NCBI RefSeq assembly: GCF_006345805.1
Contig: NC_043014.1
Location: 31,620,001-31,684,000, forward strand
Origin: Octopus sinensis
Lineage: Eukaryota
Direction: 5' to 3'
DNA: 64,000 nt
Position 1 is the first letter of the stretch; the number at the start of each line of letters is the position of its first letter. This document shows positions 1-13,195 of the stretch, in pieces. The position numbers and the translations under genes are program-made. Under the pieces are notes generated by a model. That model worked only from the letters and a program-made list of their open reading frames with translations. It had not been told where the DNA came from and searched no databases.

Positions 1-529
1 GAACATACCAAAGCAGATACAGGAGTGTAACACAGTCCTCGGACTCATCACCATCCCACTCATAACAGGATGGAACATAGACATTAAATGATGATGATGA
101 TGAGCACACATTATGCCATTTTAAGTAAGAACACTCCCATCAAAGAGATACATAATTAGCTTCCTTGTGTGTCAGGCAAACATCAATGTAGGGTTCACTT
201 TGCTGGACATTGCATGTGAACTATTGTACATTCAGAGACAATAAAAGCTAATGTCATCATCTGTTGTTTACTCTTTCTCTCTTTTATTTGTTTCAGTCAT
301 TTGACTGCGGCCATGCTGGAGCACCGCCTTTAGTCGAGCAAATCGACCCCGGGACTTATTCTTTGTAAGCCCAGTACTTATTCTATCGGTCTCTTTTGCC
401 GAACCGCTAAGTGACGGGGACGTAAACACACCACCATCGGTTGTCAAGCAATGGTAGGGGGACAAACACACACACACAAACATACACATGGATATAAACA
501 CATGTTTATGGATATCTTTTTTTAATTTT

Positions 530-2030
530 CTTTTATCTTTTTACTTGTTTCAGTCATTAGACTGTGGCTCTGCCTTGAGGAATTTGTAGTTGGATGAATC
601 AACTGCGGTACATCCCCCCCCCCCCACTTAAGCTTGGTACTTATTCTATTGGTCGTTTTAGCCAAACCACTAAGTTACGGGGACATAAACACACCAGCAC
701 CACCAGTTGTCAAGCAGTGATGGAGGACAAACACAGAAACAAAGACACATATACAAAGACATATTATACGTGGTGTAATTAATAAGAGTCTGGACTGTTG
801 CCATAGTAGTGAAGCTAAAGCACAGAATAAAGCCACTTAGCACAGATTGACCTTGAACTCTGCTGTGCATGCACTCTAAGTTTTAACATTCTAGCTCACT
901 GCTGTTGTTTACAGCAGTGCTTGGAAGGGAGGTGTGTAGCATGTGATCATCACATTGACCATGACAGAGAAAGTTGTCATGAAAATACCCGCTCAGAGGA
1001 TTATGCAAAGTTGCAGAAAGTGTATGGAGTGGAGTGTATGAGCTGTGTACAAGTGGTTCAGATGTTTCCAAGATGGCCGAAAAGATGTCAAACATTCTGG
1101 AAGACCTGCAACCAGCAGAACTTAGAAAAACATCACATATGTGCATGCAGCTGTGAGGGGAAATCATTGAATCACCATCCATGAGTTATCAGAAAATGTG
1201 CAGATTAGTTACAGTTCAGTTCAGTCCATTATCACTCAAGATTTGGGTATGAGACATGTGTCTGCCAAGTTTGTACCAAAACTGCTTTCAGTTGATCAAA
1301 AAGACATTTGGGTTTCAATTGCACAAGATCTCCTTGATTGTGTTGAGAACAGTGAAAACTTTTTTAAAATGGTCATAACGGACGATGAATTGTGGGTCTA
1401 TGTCTATGACCCGAAACAAAGGCTCAGTCTTTGCAGTGGAAGATTCCAATCTCTCCGAAACCGAAGAAAGCATGAATGAGATGAAGCAATGTGAAGACAC
1501 TGTTGACTGTTTTCTTTGACTACAAAGAGATTTTTCATCATGAATATGCCGCAATGTTTTGCAGCATTTGCAGGATGCTATTCATCGGAAAAGGCCACAA
1601 TTGTACCATGACAACACACCAGCCCATTCAGCACAGCAGTTTTGGGCTAGATACAGCATTTCCCAGATCTTGCCCTTTGCGTCTTTTTCTTCTTTTCAAA
1701 AATCAAATCTCACTTGAAAGGAATATTTCAGGATGTCGAGGAAACCAAAGAAAATGCAACAAAGCAGCTACTAATTATCCCAGAAAACGACTTCCAGGAA
1801 TGCTTCCATCAATGGAAACACCACTGGATTAAGTGTGTGGCTTCCAAAGGGGACTACTTTGAAGATTAAATGCCAAATGTTGTACTATTGTTTTTATAGC
1901 ACCAGTCTGGATACTTATTGATCAGACCTCATATACATATATATATATATGACAGGCTTCTTTCACTTTCAGTCTACCAAATCCACTCACAAGGGTTTGG
2001 TCAGCAGAGAAGGCTATAGTAAAAGACACT
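530..2030 (-). mobile_element. tRNA-derived SINE (family A) split by a mariner insertion in its internal (TA)n tract
   Basis: Family A 3' half at 530-766 and 5'-proximal part resuming at ~1950 (gacaggcttctttc...tctaccaaatccactcacaag), matching the intact copies at 6995-7396 and 63062-63490. Confidence 0.8.
769..1931 (+). mobile_element. Mariner DNA transposon, degenerate near-full-length copy
   Basis: Diverged TIRs (ta|cgtggtgtaattaataagagtctggactg ... cagtctggatacttattgatcagacctca|ta) with TA TSD. Frameshifted transposase includes ...LGMRHVSAKFVPKLL...VITDDELWVYVYDP (mariner WVPxxL and TGDExW motifs). Confidence 0.9.
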
Positions 2031-3671
2031 AGCCCGACGAAAAATAGTTGAGAACCAGTGACTTACAGTATTCTGTCATTCCTTGCAGTGAATCTGGTGA
2101 TCTCGGTTAGAGCTGACGCCAAATAAAAAGCACGCAGTTCACTGATAAATGTTTAGTGTTAAGAAGAAATCATGCTCAAGTAGACGGTGGCCCTTGGCGT
2201 AGTCTTCCGGTTTGTGAGCTCCTGTCAAACCGTCCAACCCATGCGACATGGTTAGGTGGTTGACGATATGATACCAAATGAGAGAACCATCATGTTGCGC
2301 CGTACCACATTACAAAGTCACAAAATAGTTTAACTGTATTGTTCTTTTAGCCTAGATACTGAAACGGTTACATACTATACGCACAATGTTTTCAACATCA
2401 AATTTCACCTTCCCGACGTAAATCCTGTTGCATTGCGCAGAAAGACAATTTCCGGGAATACCTTTATGTTTTTCCACGCTTATATTGTCAGTAGTGTATG
2501 GAGACACTATATTCAAATCTGGACTTGATGTCTCTAGTTAGTAACTGATTTGTTATTTCTTCGCAAATTAAATGTTACAAAAGCCAGCTAACACGTGCTG
2601 CACTCCCTTCGCAAAATCGAAGTATCTCAAAGTATTGACAAACGCTTTATTTTCGGCATTAGTTGCTACTGAAAAGCCCAAATCATACTGTGTAATGTGT
2701 CTCTCAGACTTTTCTAGATTATTTTCACATGGAATTTTTGCTTTAGTTTTCCTATCGATACGTCATTTTATATTGCTTTATCAATTTTAACCCCACAATA
2801 AACATTTTTGTACGACTGATATGCTTCACAGGGTGATACACTTTACACAGTTTTGCAATTAAAATTGTATCATAATGAGTTGATAGAAACAGGGAGAAAA
2901 TGATGGCAAATGATGGCGTACCAGTAATACGAGAGGGTCGTTCAACTCCACTTTTTCCGCAATTCAACCACATAACTTGAGACAGTACAACAGACATATT
3001 CACAAAAACGTGCAAGTTACCTTTCCTGAGTTTTAGCAATAGATACAAATTTTTTAGATCACTCCGTGATTAAACATAGTCTGTTTTCGACATTTACTTA
3101 GAGGCTTGAAACAAGAACAAATAAACATAACCACTCCTCAGTGTGACTTCGGTCAGACTCCACATTCGACGTACGTGACTGACTTGTACTTTGCAAACAA
3201 GTGGCGAGTTGCCTTAGCTTTTTGTTTTGCGGAAAAATCATAAACATAGCATCACGTTATAATTTTTACTAAACTGTTATCATTATATAGAAACCTTAAT
3301 ACTAGCATCTTTAAAGGCTTCTTTTTTTATAAACTCGAATAAAGTTTGTCGCTGTTATAAGCATACTTGACGGTAATAACTCATCTAAGGTCCAAAGAAA
3401 AACAAATTAGTCACCAGTTAAAGTTGTGAGTGGATGGAGAAGAGAACACGAAAACAACAGGACTGTCTGATCTCCAATCTAAGAACACTTTTAAAAAAGG
3501 TATCAATCTTAATGGGTAAAGAACATAAAAACAACCAATCTGGGTTTCGATTCTATCGTGGCTCCCATTTGATTTTTCGGTCGTGTTATGTCGCTAGGTT
3601 TATCTCAAATAGGATATATTACATTTAAAACAACAGTATGTGTATGATATATATTGTATGTATGTACACAT

Positions 3672-3727
<56 letters not shown>

Positions 3728-4945
3728 ATGTATACATACATACAATATATATATTGTTTGTATGTATGTATACATACATCCATCCATCAAGTTCGGTGTA
3801 ACATTTACGGAGAAATATGTACAATATTTGAACTGAACGATCAAAGTATATTCAGTGAAAAAGGAAAGCATAGAAATCCCCAAAGGCAAAAAAAAAAAGT
3901 AAGGAGTATATTTAAAATTAATAAATAATGTTTGTCTGAAAATCGTGAAATTGTAATCGGACAAATTACTTAACATGAGAGTTATTTCACTGACACGAGA
4001 GGTAAAAACACGGCTAAATAAAGAAGAACAACGGTGGTATTATGGAATTATTATTTCCGTGAACATAGCTGGTGAAATCTGTAAAGCAGTTCAGTTTAAT
4101 AGCTGTTAAAAACTTACCTAAAACAACCGTCAAAACAGTTAGGGTTGCATTCGTTTACACGTGGGAGTAATCCGGACATGCACAAACACTATCTACTTCC
4201 GCTTTCAAGAACATCATGCAGATAATGCCGGCTCGGCTACATGCGGTAGCAAAATTAAGAGCTGTAATTCGAAATTATTTTTAATTGTAAGCATTTTAAT
4301 TACAATTTTGTTAAATGTTTAAATAATACTATCTTTGTGTTTATCAACCCCCACCATAAATCTAAATGTTAAAGCAGTAGTTCGCTAGAGGATCACACCG
4401 GAAGTTTATACCATATGATTTCTATGCGATGTTTTCTTTCTGCACGTGAAATATCATCGTAAATTAAAAGTTTAAGTTAGTGACGAACAGAGTCTATGAT
4501 TCTAGTAGAAGCTATTCCGCCTCAACTATGTCACTTTCTGACCTGAAAAACAATGGGGGAGCATGTAATCACACCATCTACTACTGTTATAAATCTACGT
4601 CCGATATTCAAAACAAACATTACATAACTGCATTTCTCATTGTGCGGCTGTGACAATCGATAAATAACTTGCTTTTTTAAGTTCTTGACACTGGATTGTG
4701 GCTATGCTGGGGTACTGCTCTGAAGGGTTTTAGTCGAACAAATCGACACCAGTACTTATTAAATAAGTACTTAAGTACTATTATTAATATTCTTTATGGT
4801 GTATAAATGAGACTATAAGGCTGCTTGACTCAGTGTTATTGTTATTGTAAATTGACTTTTGTTGATTTTATTTTGTATGAAACTATTATAAATATTCTTT
4901 GCTATATTATTGGAATATAACACGTGTGTATATGATTATATATAT

Positions 4946-5167
4946 GGTACTATTTAAGAAGAGTGGTCCCGGTACGCGCATCCGCGCTAGCTAGTCGTGA
5001 CTAGTCGATCCTTTGTGTTTTTGCGTTTTATTTACTTTGTTTAAAAAAAAATTATTTACTTTGTGTAAAAAAATTATTTATTTTGCTAGGTAGTCGTTGT
5101 AGGATCGACTAGTCACGACTAGCTAGCGCGAGTGCGCGCACCGGGACCCCTCTTCTTAAATAGTACC
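4946..5167. mobile_element. MITE with ~67-bp TIRs starting GGTAC (Merlin-like termini)
   Basis: ggtactatttaagaagagtggtcccggtacgcgcatccgcgctagctagtcgtgactagtcgatcct (4946-5012) is mirrored at 5101-5167 around an AT-rich spacer. No TSD evident. Confidence 0.75.
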
Positions 5168-5194
5168 TCTCTTTCTATATATATATAATACAAA

Positions 5195-6380
5195 ACTACA
5201 TTGAGAATATAAATCCAAAACCGGATGGAGTGCTGGAAGAAAGAAAGAAATACATCAAATCAAAAGCAAGTGCCTCAACTGGGTTACACACCACCAGGTC
5301 CAACGGAAGCTATTGAAGCAATCCAACACATTCGCGACATTACCACAGGTGATGGCGAGGTTAAGGCGTTGTTGGAACAGCCAAACTCCCTCACAGGCAT
5401 CACTTGGCACCTTGGTAAGGTGAGCCGCTAATGATGACAAGAACATCGCCGTTAGCGTCCCTGTTCCTTCAAACGTCTCAAACGCCACAGGCTGGAAGAA
5501 ATAGTTCACTGACAGGTTCCGATACTTAAGGATTTTGTTCTGTTCAGCTACGGAAGCAGTGACCCTCCCATTTACCACAGCCTACAGGATGTGGGAGGGT
5601 GCAAAGGAGACAGAAACTGTAGCATCCCAGATGAGGCATTTACTTCTTACCCAGAGACAAAGGGTAAGACCATCTGGCATCTTCACATCACTTCTGGATA
5701 ATCCTGCCGGTCCCAGAACTGAGGAAATACTAATCTGAGCCAGGGCCCACTTAATGATTAAGTTTAGCTTGGTGTGACAAGCGAAACGACCAACATTTAA
5801 GTGGCAAGAGAGACTGTGGAGTCAAGGGGCCTACCATGGTGACATCTCAGTTTCCCATAGATGTCAGTTCCCACTTTGAGGACAATGGAGATGCGAAACT
5901 CATCTAGACCGAGTACACCACCAATGTTGGCCACAGGCAGGGCATCAATCCAGTCCTTGAAAATTTTGCACTAGCAGAATGTAGGTGGCACCTTGTAAGT
6001 TGATCAATGAGAGTGTTAAAAGTGACACTTGAATTCCAACTGTTCTATAATCTCTGCTTCTGTCTATCCTCAACTATAGCAGAAATTGACAAACCCAGCT
6101 CTCTCGACTGTAACAGAGATTCATCCATCTCCCTATTGGAACTAGTTCATGTTGGAGAGGAGAGGATGTTGCCTACCAAAGGGGAGCAAGCATGGACAGA
6201 AAAAAGAAAACAAGGGATAGAGATGAACACTTATGCGAACCTAGACTCCCAAACTGTTTGGGCAAAGCAGCCTGGTCACAGGCCGCTGGAAAGAGTTTAA
6301 TATTGACCAAGCATTTGACTTTTCTGAAGATTAGGTCGTCCAAGCATTGGAGAGACAATGAGAATCTAATACAATAATTT
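5195..6380 (-). mobile_element. CRE-clade non-LTR retrotransposon, 3' fragment (zinc knuckle + restriction-like endonuclease), decayed
   Basis: Minus-strand translation gives DWIDALP..., LSC...GRFACHTKLNLII, PDGLT, CLIWDAT and AEQNKILKYRNL...FQPVAFETF...QRLNLAITCGNVANVL, which match CRE-type C-terminal motifs. Several stops and frameshifts. Confidence 0.8.
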
Positions 6381-6994
6381 AGGAATCAACTGGTCTCTTT
6401 TGTCAGGCTACTAAGTCACATGAGTGTAAACAAACCAACACCGGTTGTCAAGCAGTGTATGGGACAGACACAGAAACACTCACATGTACATATATGATGA
6501 ACTTTTTGCAGTTTACCAAATCCACTCACAATGCTTTTGCAGGAGTTATAGAGGAAGACACTTGCCCAACAACCACTCTGTGAGACTAAACCTGACACCA
6601 TGCAGTTGGGAAGTAAATGTTTTACCACACAGCCAAGAATAAAATTAAAACTGTTTACACTTTCTAAACTTGTGCTTCAACACCATGGTGATGAAAGAAG
6701 TATCATATAGTTACAAAGTCTATTTCATCTTTTTGATCAGAGAGGGAACAAACATTTCACTAATATTTTGAGAGATGGAGGTGGTAAGGGGTATGCTTTT
6801 TGCAAGTTTGAAAACCACTAATTTATAACACAAAAAGGTAAACAAGACTGAAAATATTTCCAAAACATGTATAAATATGGATCCTAGCTTTCTTTACTGA
6901 TGATATCCAGAAGGAAAGCCTGGGGATTGGTGGTCTCTTGAATAAGGAAGGTACCAATTTTGACAATGAAGTCTTAGATACTTCTAAAAATACT

Positions 6995-7396
6995 GTTACT
7001 CTTTTACTTGTTTCAGTCATTTGACTGCGGCCATGCTGGAGCACCACCTTTAGTCGAGCAAATCGACCCCGGGACTTATTCTTTGTAAGCCCAGTACTTA
7101 TTCTATTGGTCTCTTTTGCCGAACCGCTAAGTTACGGGGACGTAAACACACCAGCATCGGTTATCAAACAATGCTAGGGGGACACAGACACAAACATATA
7201 CACACACATACATATATATACATACATATATACGACAGGCTTCTTTCAGTTTCCGTCTACCAAATCCACTCACAAGGCATTGGTTGGCCCAGGGCTATAG
7301 CAGAAGACACTTGCCCAAGATGCCACGCAGTGGGACTGAACTCGGAACCATGTGGCTGGTAAGCAAACTACTTACCACACAGCCACTCCTGCGCCT
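6995..7396 (-). mobile_element. tRNA-derived SINE family A, full length
   Basis: Head ggcgcaggagtggctgtgtggtaag (A box) and gagttcagtccc (B-box-like), cttgggcaagtgtc CORE-like block, internal (TA/TG)n, tail ggtggtgctccagcatggccgcagtcaaatgactgaaacaagtaaaagag. Confidence 0.9.
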
Positions 7397-7444
7397 GTTG
7401 GCAAGTTTTTAATTATATGTATAACCTAGGTTTAAACAATGCTA

Positions 7445-7830
7445 TGCAGGTGAGCCTGTGTGGTAAGAAGCTTGCTTCCCAACCACATGGTTCTAGGTTG
7501 AGTCCCACAGTGTGAGACAATGGGCAAGTGTCATTTACTATAGCCTTGGACCAACCAAAGTCTTGTGAGTGGATTTGGTAGACAGAAACTGAAAGAAGCC
7601 TGTCATATGTGTACATGTGTGTCTGTGTTTGTCCTGTGCCATTGCTTTACAATCAGAGTTGGTGTTATTGTCACTGAGACTTATCAGTTCAGCAAAAGAG
7701 ACTGATAGAATGAGCACCAGACGTAAAAAATAAGTACTGGGGTCAATTCATTCAACTAAAAATTCTTGAAGGTGGTGCCCCAGCATGACCACAGTCTAAT
7801 GACTGAAAGAAGTAGAAGGTAAAAGATAAC
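7445..7830 (+). mobile_element. tRNA-derived SINE family A, older copy, head-to-head with the previous copy
   Basis: Same head, body and tail blocks in the opposite orientation. Confidence 0.85.
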
Positions 7831-7944
7831 ATTAAAATGAGGTTTCTTAATAGCCCCACCACATTTATTAATACATCTTAGTGGGATTCAAACCTCTTGG
7901 ATAAATAAAGTAGCTTTGCATCAGATTTGGCTAGTTACAATTAT

Positions 7945-9090
7945 CTCTTGTCATCAAGGTGTCAAAGTGCATGGTTATGATGTTGCATAGAGACACCAGC
8001 AATGAAAAGATAAGAGATGCTGGCACCACAACATGATCAGGATGTTGGTGGGCAGCTGACATGTCAGTAACAGAAGCAGAAGAAGGCTGTAGTTGAGATA
8101 CCTCATCAGAAACCCATGCAGGGTCAGACACTGACTCTGCACTATCCACTTCCAGCAATTTGGGAAAGCAGACTCAAGAGACAAGAGAGATATGACTCAA
8201 AATGAGGTCTGACTCCTGGTTGAGGAAGAACAAAAGGCCTGAGCCATGCTGTGGAATTTGGATCAGAAAAACCTTAGACAAAACTGGGGCCTACCAAGGT
8301 GGAAGATTATACAACCTGAATTTTGGGGACTGGAACCCTTTCATATCTCTTTTCTGCTCTCTCTCTCATCACTATATGATACTCTTCCAACATCAACAAG
8401 TTTGCACATGTGGGGAATGAGAGAGGACCCACTGTGCTGGTCATGTGGAGAAAGAGGAACATTCGTACATTTACTTGCAAGGTCAGGGTGCAAGGATGTA
8501 CCTAGAGATACAGATAGCATCATGACAAAATTCTGAGAGCAATGACTGATATTGTGGAGTTGGGGAAGCAAAAAAAAAAAGAGAAAATATGTGCGAAACC
8601 CACTAAGGACCAACTTCATTTACCTAGTTCCTGAAAAACAGGGAGAAGTCATCCTCTTTCAAAAAGACTACAAAGACCTGAGAAGAAAACTACCTTTGCC
8701 CCTTGTCATCTAAGCATTCATAAGGCCTGATATAGTCATATACAAACGAGGCAAAGAAGATCATTCTGATTGAACTGATGATTTTATAGGAAGATGGATG
8801 TGAGAAAGCCTTGGAGAGGAAAGCCACCAAACACCAGAACCTAGTCCAACAATGTAAGGATTAAGGATGGTAAACTTGGTTATTTCTGGTTAAGATTGGC
8901 TGCAAAGTTTTCTGGTGCAGTTTGTATAGAAGACACTAAGACAGTTACCTGCAGGTTGGGAGATATAGTGAAAAGTGCCCCTTACTAGTTCCCAAACAAA
9001 TGGGAGAAATTAAGCTACAAACTAAGAGAATATTGGCAGTGAGTAACCATCATTGCCGATTCACTAACTGGAGGGTGTTGTGATTTAGGA
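7945..9090 (+). mobile_element. HERO/NeSL-type non-LTR retrotransposon, 3' fragment, decayed
   Basis: WGLEPFHISFLL..LYDTLPTSTSLHMWGMREDPLCWSCGERGTFVHLL..GC (CCHC knuckle), followed by RPDIV...ILIEL...ERKATKHQNL...GW...KIGCK (PD-D/ExK endonuclease). Confidence 0.85.
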
Positions 9091-10533
9091 TCGACCCAGC
9101 TGAGGAAAGTTGCTCATTTGACAAAATTTCCTGCCCAAAAGCTATATTCATAAAAAAGTAATTGATGGGGTTAGCAATTGCAGAATAGACATCTGACAGT
9201 GATGCACCAAATAAAATACTAAAAATTTTACAGAACTTGGTTTCGTTTTTATAAAGTTATGTGCTCAAATCCCATTAAATTTGACCAAACTTTTATCCTG
9301 TTTTTTAATACATACTGTGTATGATAAATTCAAAGTACTTAAACTACAGTTTTAAAGCTTTCATTGAGGAACTTTCAACAGATGTGAATATATCATCTAT
9401 TCTCTTCATACACAGAAGAATAAAGGAGGTTGTCTATTGTCCTAACATGTCATGGTTTTTTACCATTGACCAAGACAAGAACCTCATTCCTCTACCCACA
9501 CACACAAAAAAAACCATTATAATAATTAGTTTTTGTAAATCTATCACAAACTATATTTACACACACACACTTAGTGGGGGAAGGATATGGGGAAGAGGTA
9601 TATTAGGGACAGTGTAATGTCATACCCATATGGTTTTCATTTTACTTAGCTGAACAGGTCTACTCAAGCAAAGCAAACCACCATTTGTCATGGTCCTTTG
9701 TCATCTCCTCTTGTGAGGTTCAGCATCTAAAGATCATTTTCCATAATTTTGTCCTACATCTTCCTGGGTCTTCCTCTTCCACTATAGTCCTCTATCTTTC
9801 ACAATATGTCCCTGTTGAGTCTCTTCCCCACAACATATCCTCCTGCTACCCCCTCTTACTACATTCCCCACCTCCATCTCCCACTCCCTTTTTGCAAACT
9901 CACAAAATTACTCACCCACTCACCCTCTCCGACCCTGGGTCCACTTCACTGCATACACCTCCCTATAATTTGGATGTAAATACCATCACATCTTATCTCC
10001 TCTTTCTCTCTCTCTCCTCCTCTCCATCTCCTTCTCTCCACTTCAGGTAAACAGGTTTCTCCTCTACTGCAAGATACCTAGTTCTGTCCCTCTATACTAC
10101 TCCTCACCCCCAGTTGAAGGAGTCTTGTCTTGCAGGTTACTGGGTGACCTCACTGCTGCTGGTTCCACATAAAAAGCACTGAATATACTCTGTAAAATGG
10201 TTGACAGCATTGTGAAAGGCATTCAGCAGTAGAAAACATGTCAAAGCAGACAGTAGAACTTGGTGCAGTCTTCAGCCAGCTCCTGTTGAACCTTCCAACC
10301 CATGCCAGCATGGAAAATGTACACTAAATTATGATGACAATTATATTGAAGATGATCACACACATTTTTCAGCTACTAATTAGGAGTGAAATTAAGCAAT
10401 TTGAATAAATGTTTCATTAGTAAATTAAATCTGATAATTTTATTATTCACATCCTGGCCTTTGTTTCATTATTAACATCTTTGACTCTTTGGTTTCTATC
10501 ATGCAGAAATGCTTCAATCTGATAAAGCTTCTT

Positions 10534-10938
10534 ATTTCTTTACTGCCCACAAGGGGTTACACATAGAGGGGACAAACAAACGGATTAAGTCGATTATATC
10601 AACCCCAGTGCATAACTGGTACTTATTTAATCGACCCCGATTGGATGAAAGGCAAAGTCAACCTCGGCAGAATTTGAACTCAGAACGTAGCGGCAGACAA
10701 AATACCTATTTCTTTATTACCCACATGGGGCTAAACACAAACAAGGACAGACAAACGGATTAAGTCGATTATATCGACCCCAGTGCATAACTGGTACTTA
10801 TTTAATCGACCCCGAAAGGATGAAAGGCAAAGTCGACCTTGGCAGAATTTGAACTCAGAACGTAGCGACAGACGAAATACCACTAAGCATTTTACCCGAC
10901 ATGCTAACGCTTCTGCCAGCTTGCCGCCTTTAAAGCTA
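10534..10938 (-). mobile_element. tRNA-derived SINE family B, dimer (head + 2 bodies)
   Basis: 15-bp TSD ctgataaagcttctt at 10519-10533 and 10939-10953. One head (ggcggcaagctggcag). Internal junction aaatacc|tatttc at ~10705. Confidence 0.9.
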
Positions 10939-11321
10939 CTGATAAAGCTTCTTGGCAGATCACATTACCTGTTTCATTATTTGGAACCATCATAATTAAT
11001 ATATATGAGCACATAAATATAAACAAACTAACATTTATTTTTATAAGCTTCAAAATGTGTATTGAATGATACAAATTAGATGATATTTTTTCAAACACAG
11101 AATTGCCATTAGAACAGCAGAAATACTGTGTAAATTACCCTTACAAAGCAGAAAAATTTGTCACTTACCAGCCATGAGTGCATTTATATAATTTGCTGGA
11201 TATGGTTACCAAGGTCTTTCAACATTAAATGGTGTGACTGCAGGACATGTTTTGTGTAACTTTGTTATCTTGTTATCCAGAAACTGTTCTAGCATTAAGT
11301 TGATATTGCAGCTATATGCTC

Positions 11322-11920
11322 ATATTTCTTTATTGCCCACAAGGGGCTACACACAGAGGAGAAAAACAAGGACAGACAAACGGATTAAGTCGATTACATC
11401 GACCCCAGTGCATAGCTGGTACTTAATTTATCGACCCCGAAAGGATGAAAGGCAAAGTCGACCTCGGTGGAATTTGAACTCAGAATGTAGTGACAGACAA
11501 AATACCTATTTCTTTACTACCCACAAGGGGCTACACACAGAGGGGACAAACAAGGACAGACAAATGGATTAAGTCAATTATATCAACTCCAGTGCATAAC
11601 TGGTACTTATTTAATTGACCCTGAAAGGATGAAAGGCAAAGTCGACCTCGGTGGAATTTGAACTCAGAATATAGTGAAAGACGAAATATTTATTTCCTTA
11701 CTACCCACAAGGGGCTAAACACAGGAGGGACAAACAAGGACAGACAAATGGATTAAGTCAATTATATCGACCCCAGTGCATAACTGGTACTTATTTAATT
11801 GACACCGAAAGGATGAAAGGCAAAGTCGACCTCGGCAGAATTTGAACTCAGAACATAACGGCAGACAAAATACCGCTAAGCATTTCACCTGGTGTGCTAA
11901 CATTTCTGCCAGCTCGCAGC
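11322..11920 (-). mobile_element. tRNA-derived SINE family B, trimer (head + 3 bodies of ~184 bp)
   Basis: 16-bp TSD ttgcagctatatg(c/t)tc at 11306-11321 and 11921-11936. Junctions at ~11505 and ~11690. Confidence 0.9.
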
Positions 11921-12169
11921 TTGCAGCTATATGTTCTGTTTGGAAAGATGATTGGATACTGCAGTACAACATAGGAAGGATGCAGCACCTAGATCCTTTT
12001 GATGGCCCAGAATGGAATCACATGACAATATCTTTTGGGTCTGATGGCTTATTATCTATACAAATGGCAGCACATGAAAGCTGAATTTCAATTGGTTTAA
12101 TGATCAGAATACCAAAAGCCTGAAAGACCAAATATTTAGAACATTGAATTTTGAAATATTTAAGGGGAA

Positions 12170-12480
12170 AATATGACAAACAGATTTAAAAAACATTTTT
12201 ATAATTTTAAAAAAGAGTTTATTTAAGAAACATATAGCATGTTTACCTTTTGTTATCATACCATGTCAAAATAACTACTTTAGGTGAAAAGCGAAAAACA
12301 GTCTAAAAAAAGCATATATTTACAGTTTTAAAATGGAGTTTGAAAAACATGTAACATATTTACTTCTTGTATTATGTTTTAGGGGAAAAATAATAAGAAA
12401 AATAGTTTTAAAAACATTTATTTACAGTTTTAAAATGGTGTTTGAGAAACATGTAAGATATTTTTCTTTTTTATTATGCA
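12170..12480. repeat. AT-rich tandem repeat, ~3 diverged units of ~110 bp
   Basis: Recurring aaaaacatttatttacagttttaaaatgg..tttgagaaacatgta block. Confidence 0.6.
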
Positions 12481-12974
12481 AAACAAAGTCAAGTGAGATA
12501 TGGCGAGCATAGTTATTTACAAAAGATAAAAATAAAAAGGGTATTACAGGGATACTGTTATTGAAGATGCAAGGGAAAATCTAAATAGTTTATTTTTTGA
12601 ATTCATCTGTGTTTTTGTTTTTTTCTTTTAATTCTCTCATTGTTGAATATGTTTCTTCTCCCTTTTCAATACAAACATAAACATACCAAACAATTAAAAG
12701 GTTGAATTTGATATATTGAAAGCAGGTTTTATACATTTACTTATCTTCCTTTGCCTTCACTGTAAATTGCTGCATGACTCCATTATATGAAATTCAGCCT
12801 TTAATCATTTAATGTCTTTTATCACATACTTGTTTTAGTTACTGAACCGCAGCCATACTGGGGCACCATAATGAAGGTTTCTAGTTGAGCAAATTGACCC
12901 CAGAACTTATCTTTTGAAGCTTGATATTTATTCTATTGGACCCTTTGGTTAAACCACTAAGTTACAGGGTTTAA

Positions 12975-13195
12975 CACTTTCGTTACCAACCCGGCTGAAA
13001 CCGGCTCTGGCTCAGTAGTACAGATGTCTTGTTTTCATAAGTTTTGAATTAAAATCTTCCACCAAACCTTAATCACAATTAATGTTCCTAACACTAGCTG
13101 AATGATAACTAAGTTATTTTACTAAACTCTTTGTTATATTTAAAGTAATTGAAAGAAACACAGAGCACCTCAAAATAAATACAGTAACAAAAGGG
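12975..13195. mobile_element. piggyBac-type MITE inserted in a family A SINE (12820-13460)
   Basis: TTAA TSD on both sides (12971-12974, 13196-13199). TIRs c(a/c)cttt(c/t)gttac. Confidence 0.85.

Noticed and set aside
6895-6930. CTGATGA...GAAA hammerhead-like words
   Set aside because: No stem II or stem I complementarity
10534-11920. SINE B tandem units as hammerhead retrozymes
   Set aside because: No CUGANGA/GAAA core found on either strand of the unit
11165-12125. Possible minus-strand exon (ttcag acceptor at ~12121, gtaagt donor at ~11169)
   Set aside because: Stops in all frames and interrupted by a SINE trimer; cannot be supported as coding
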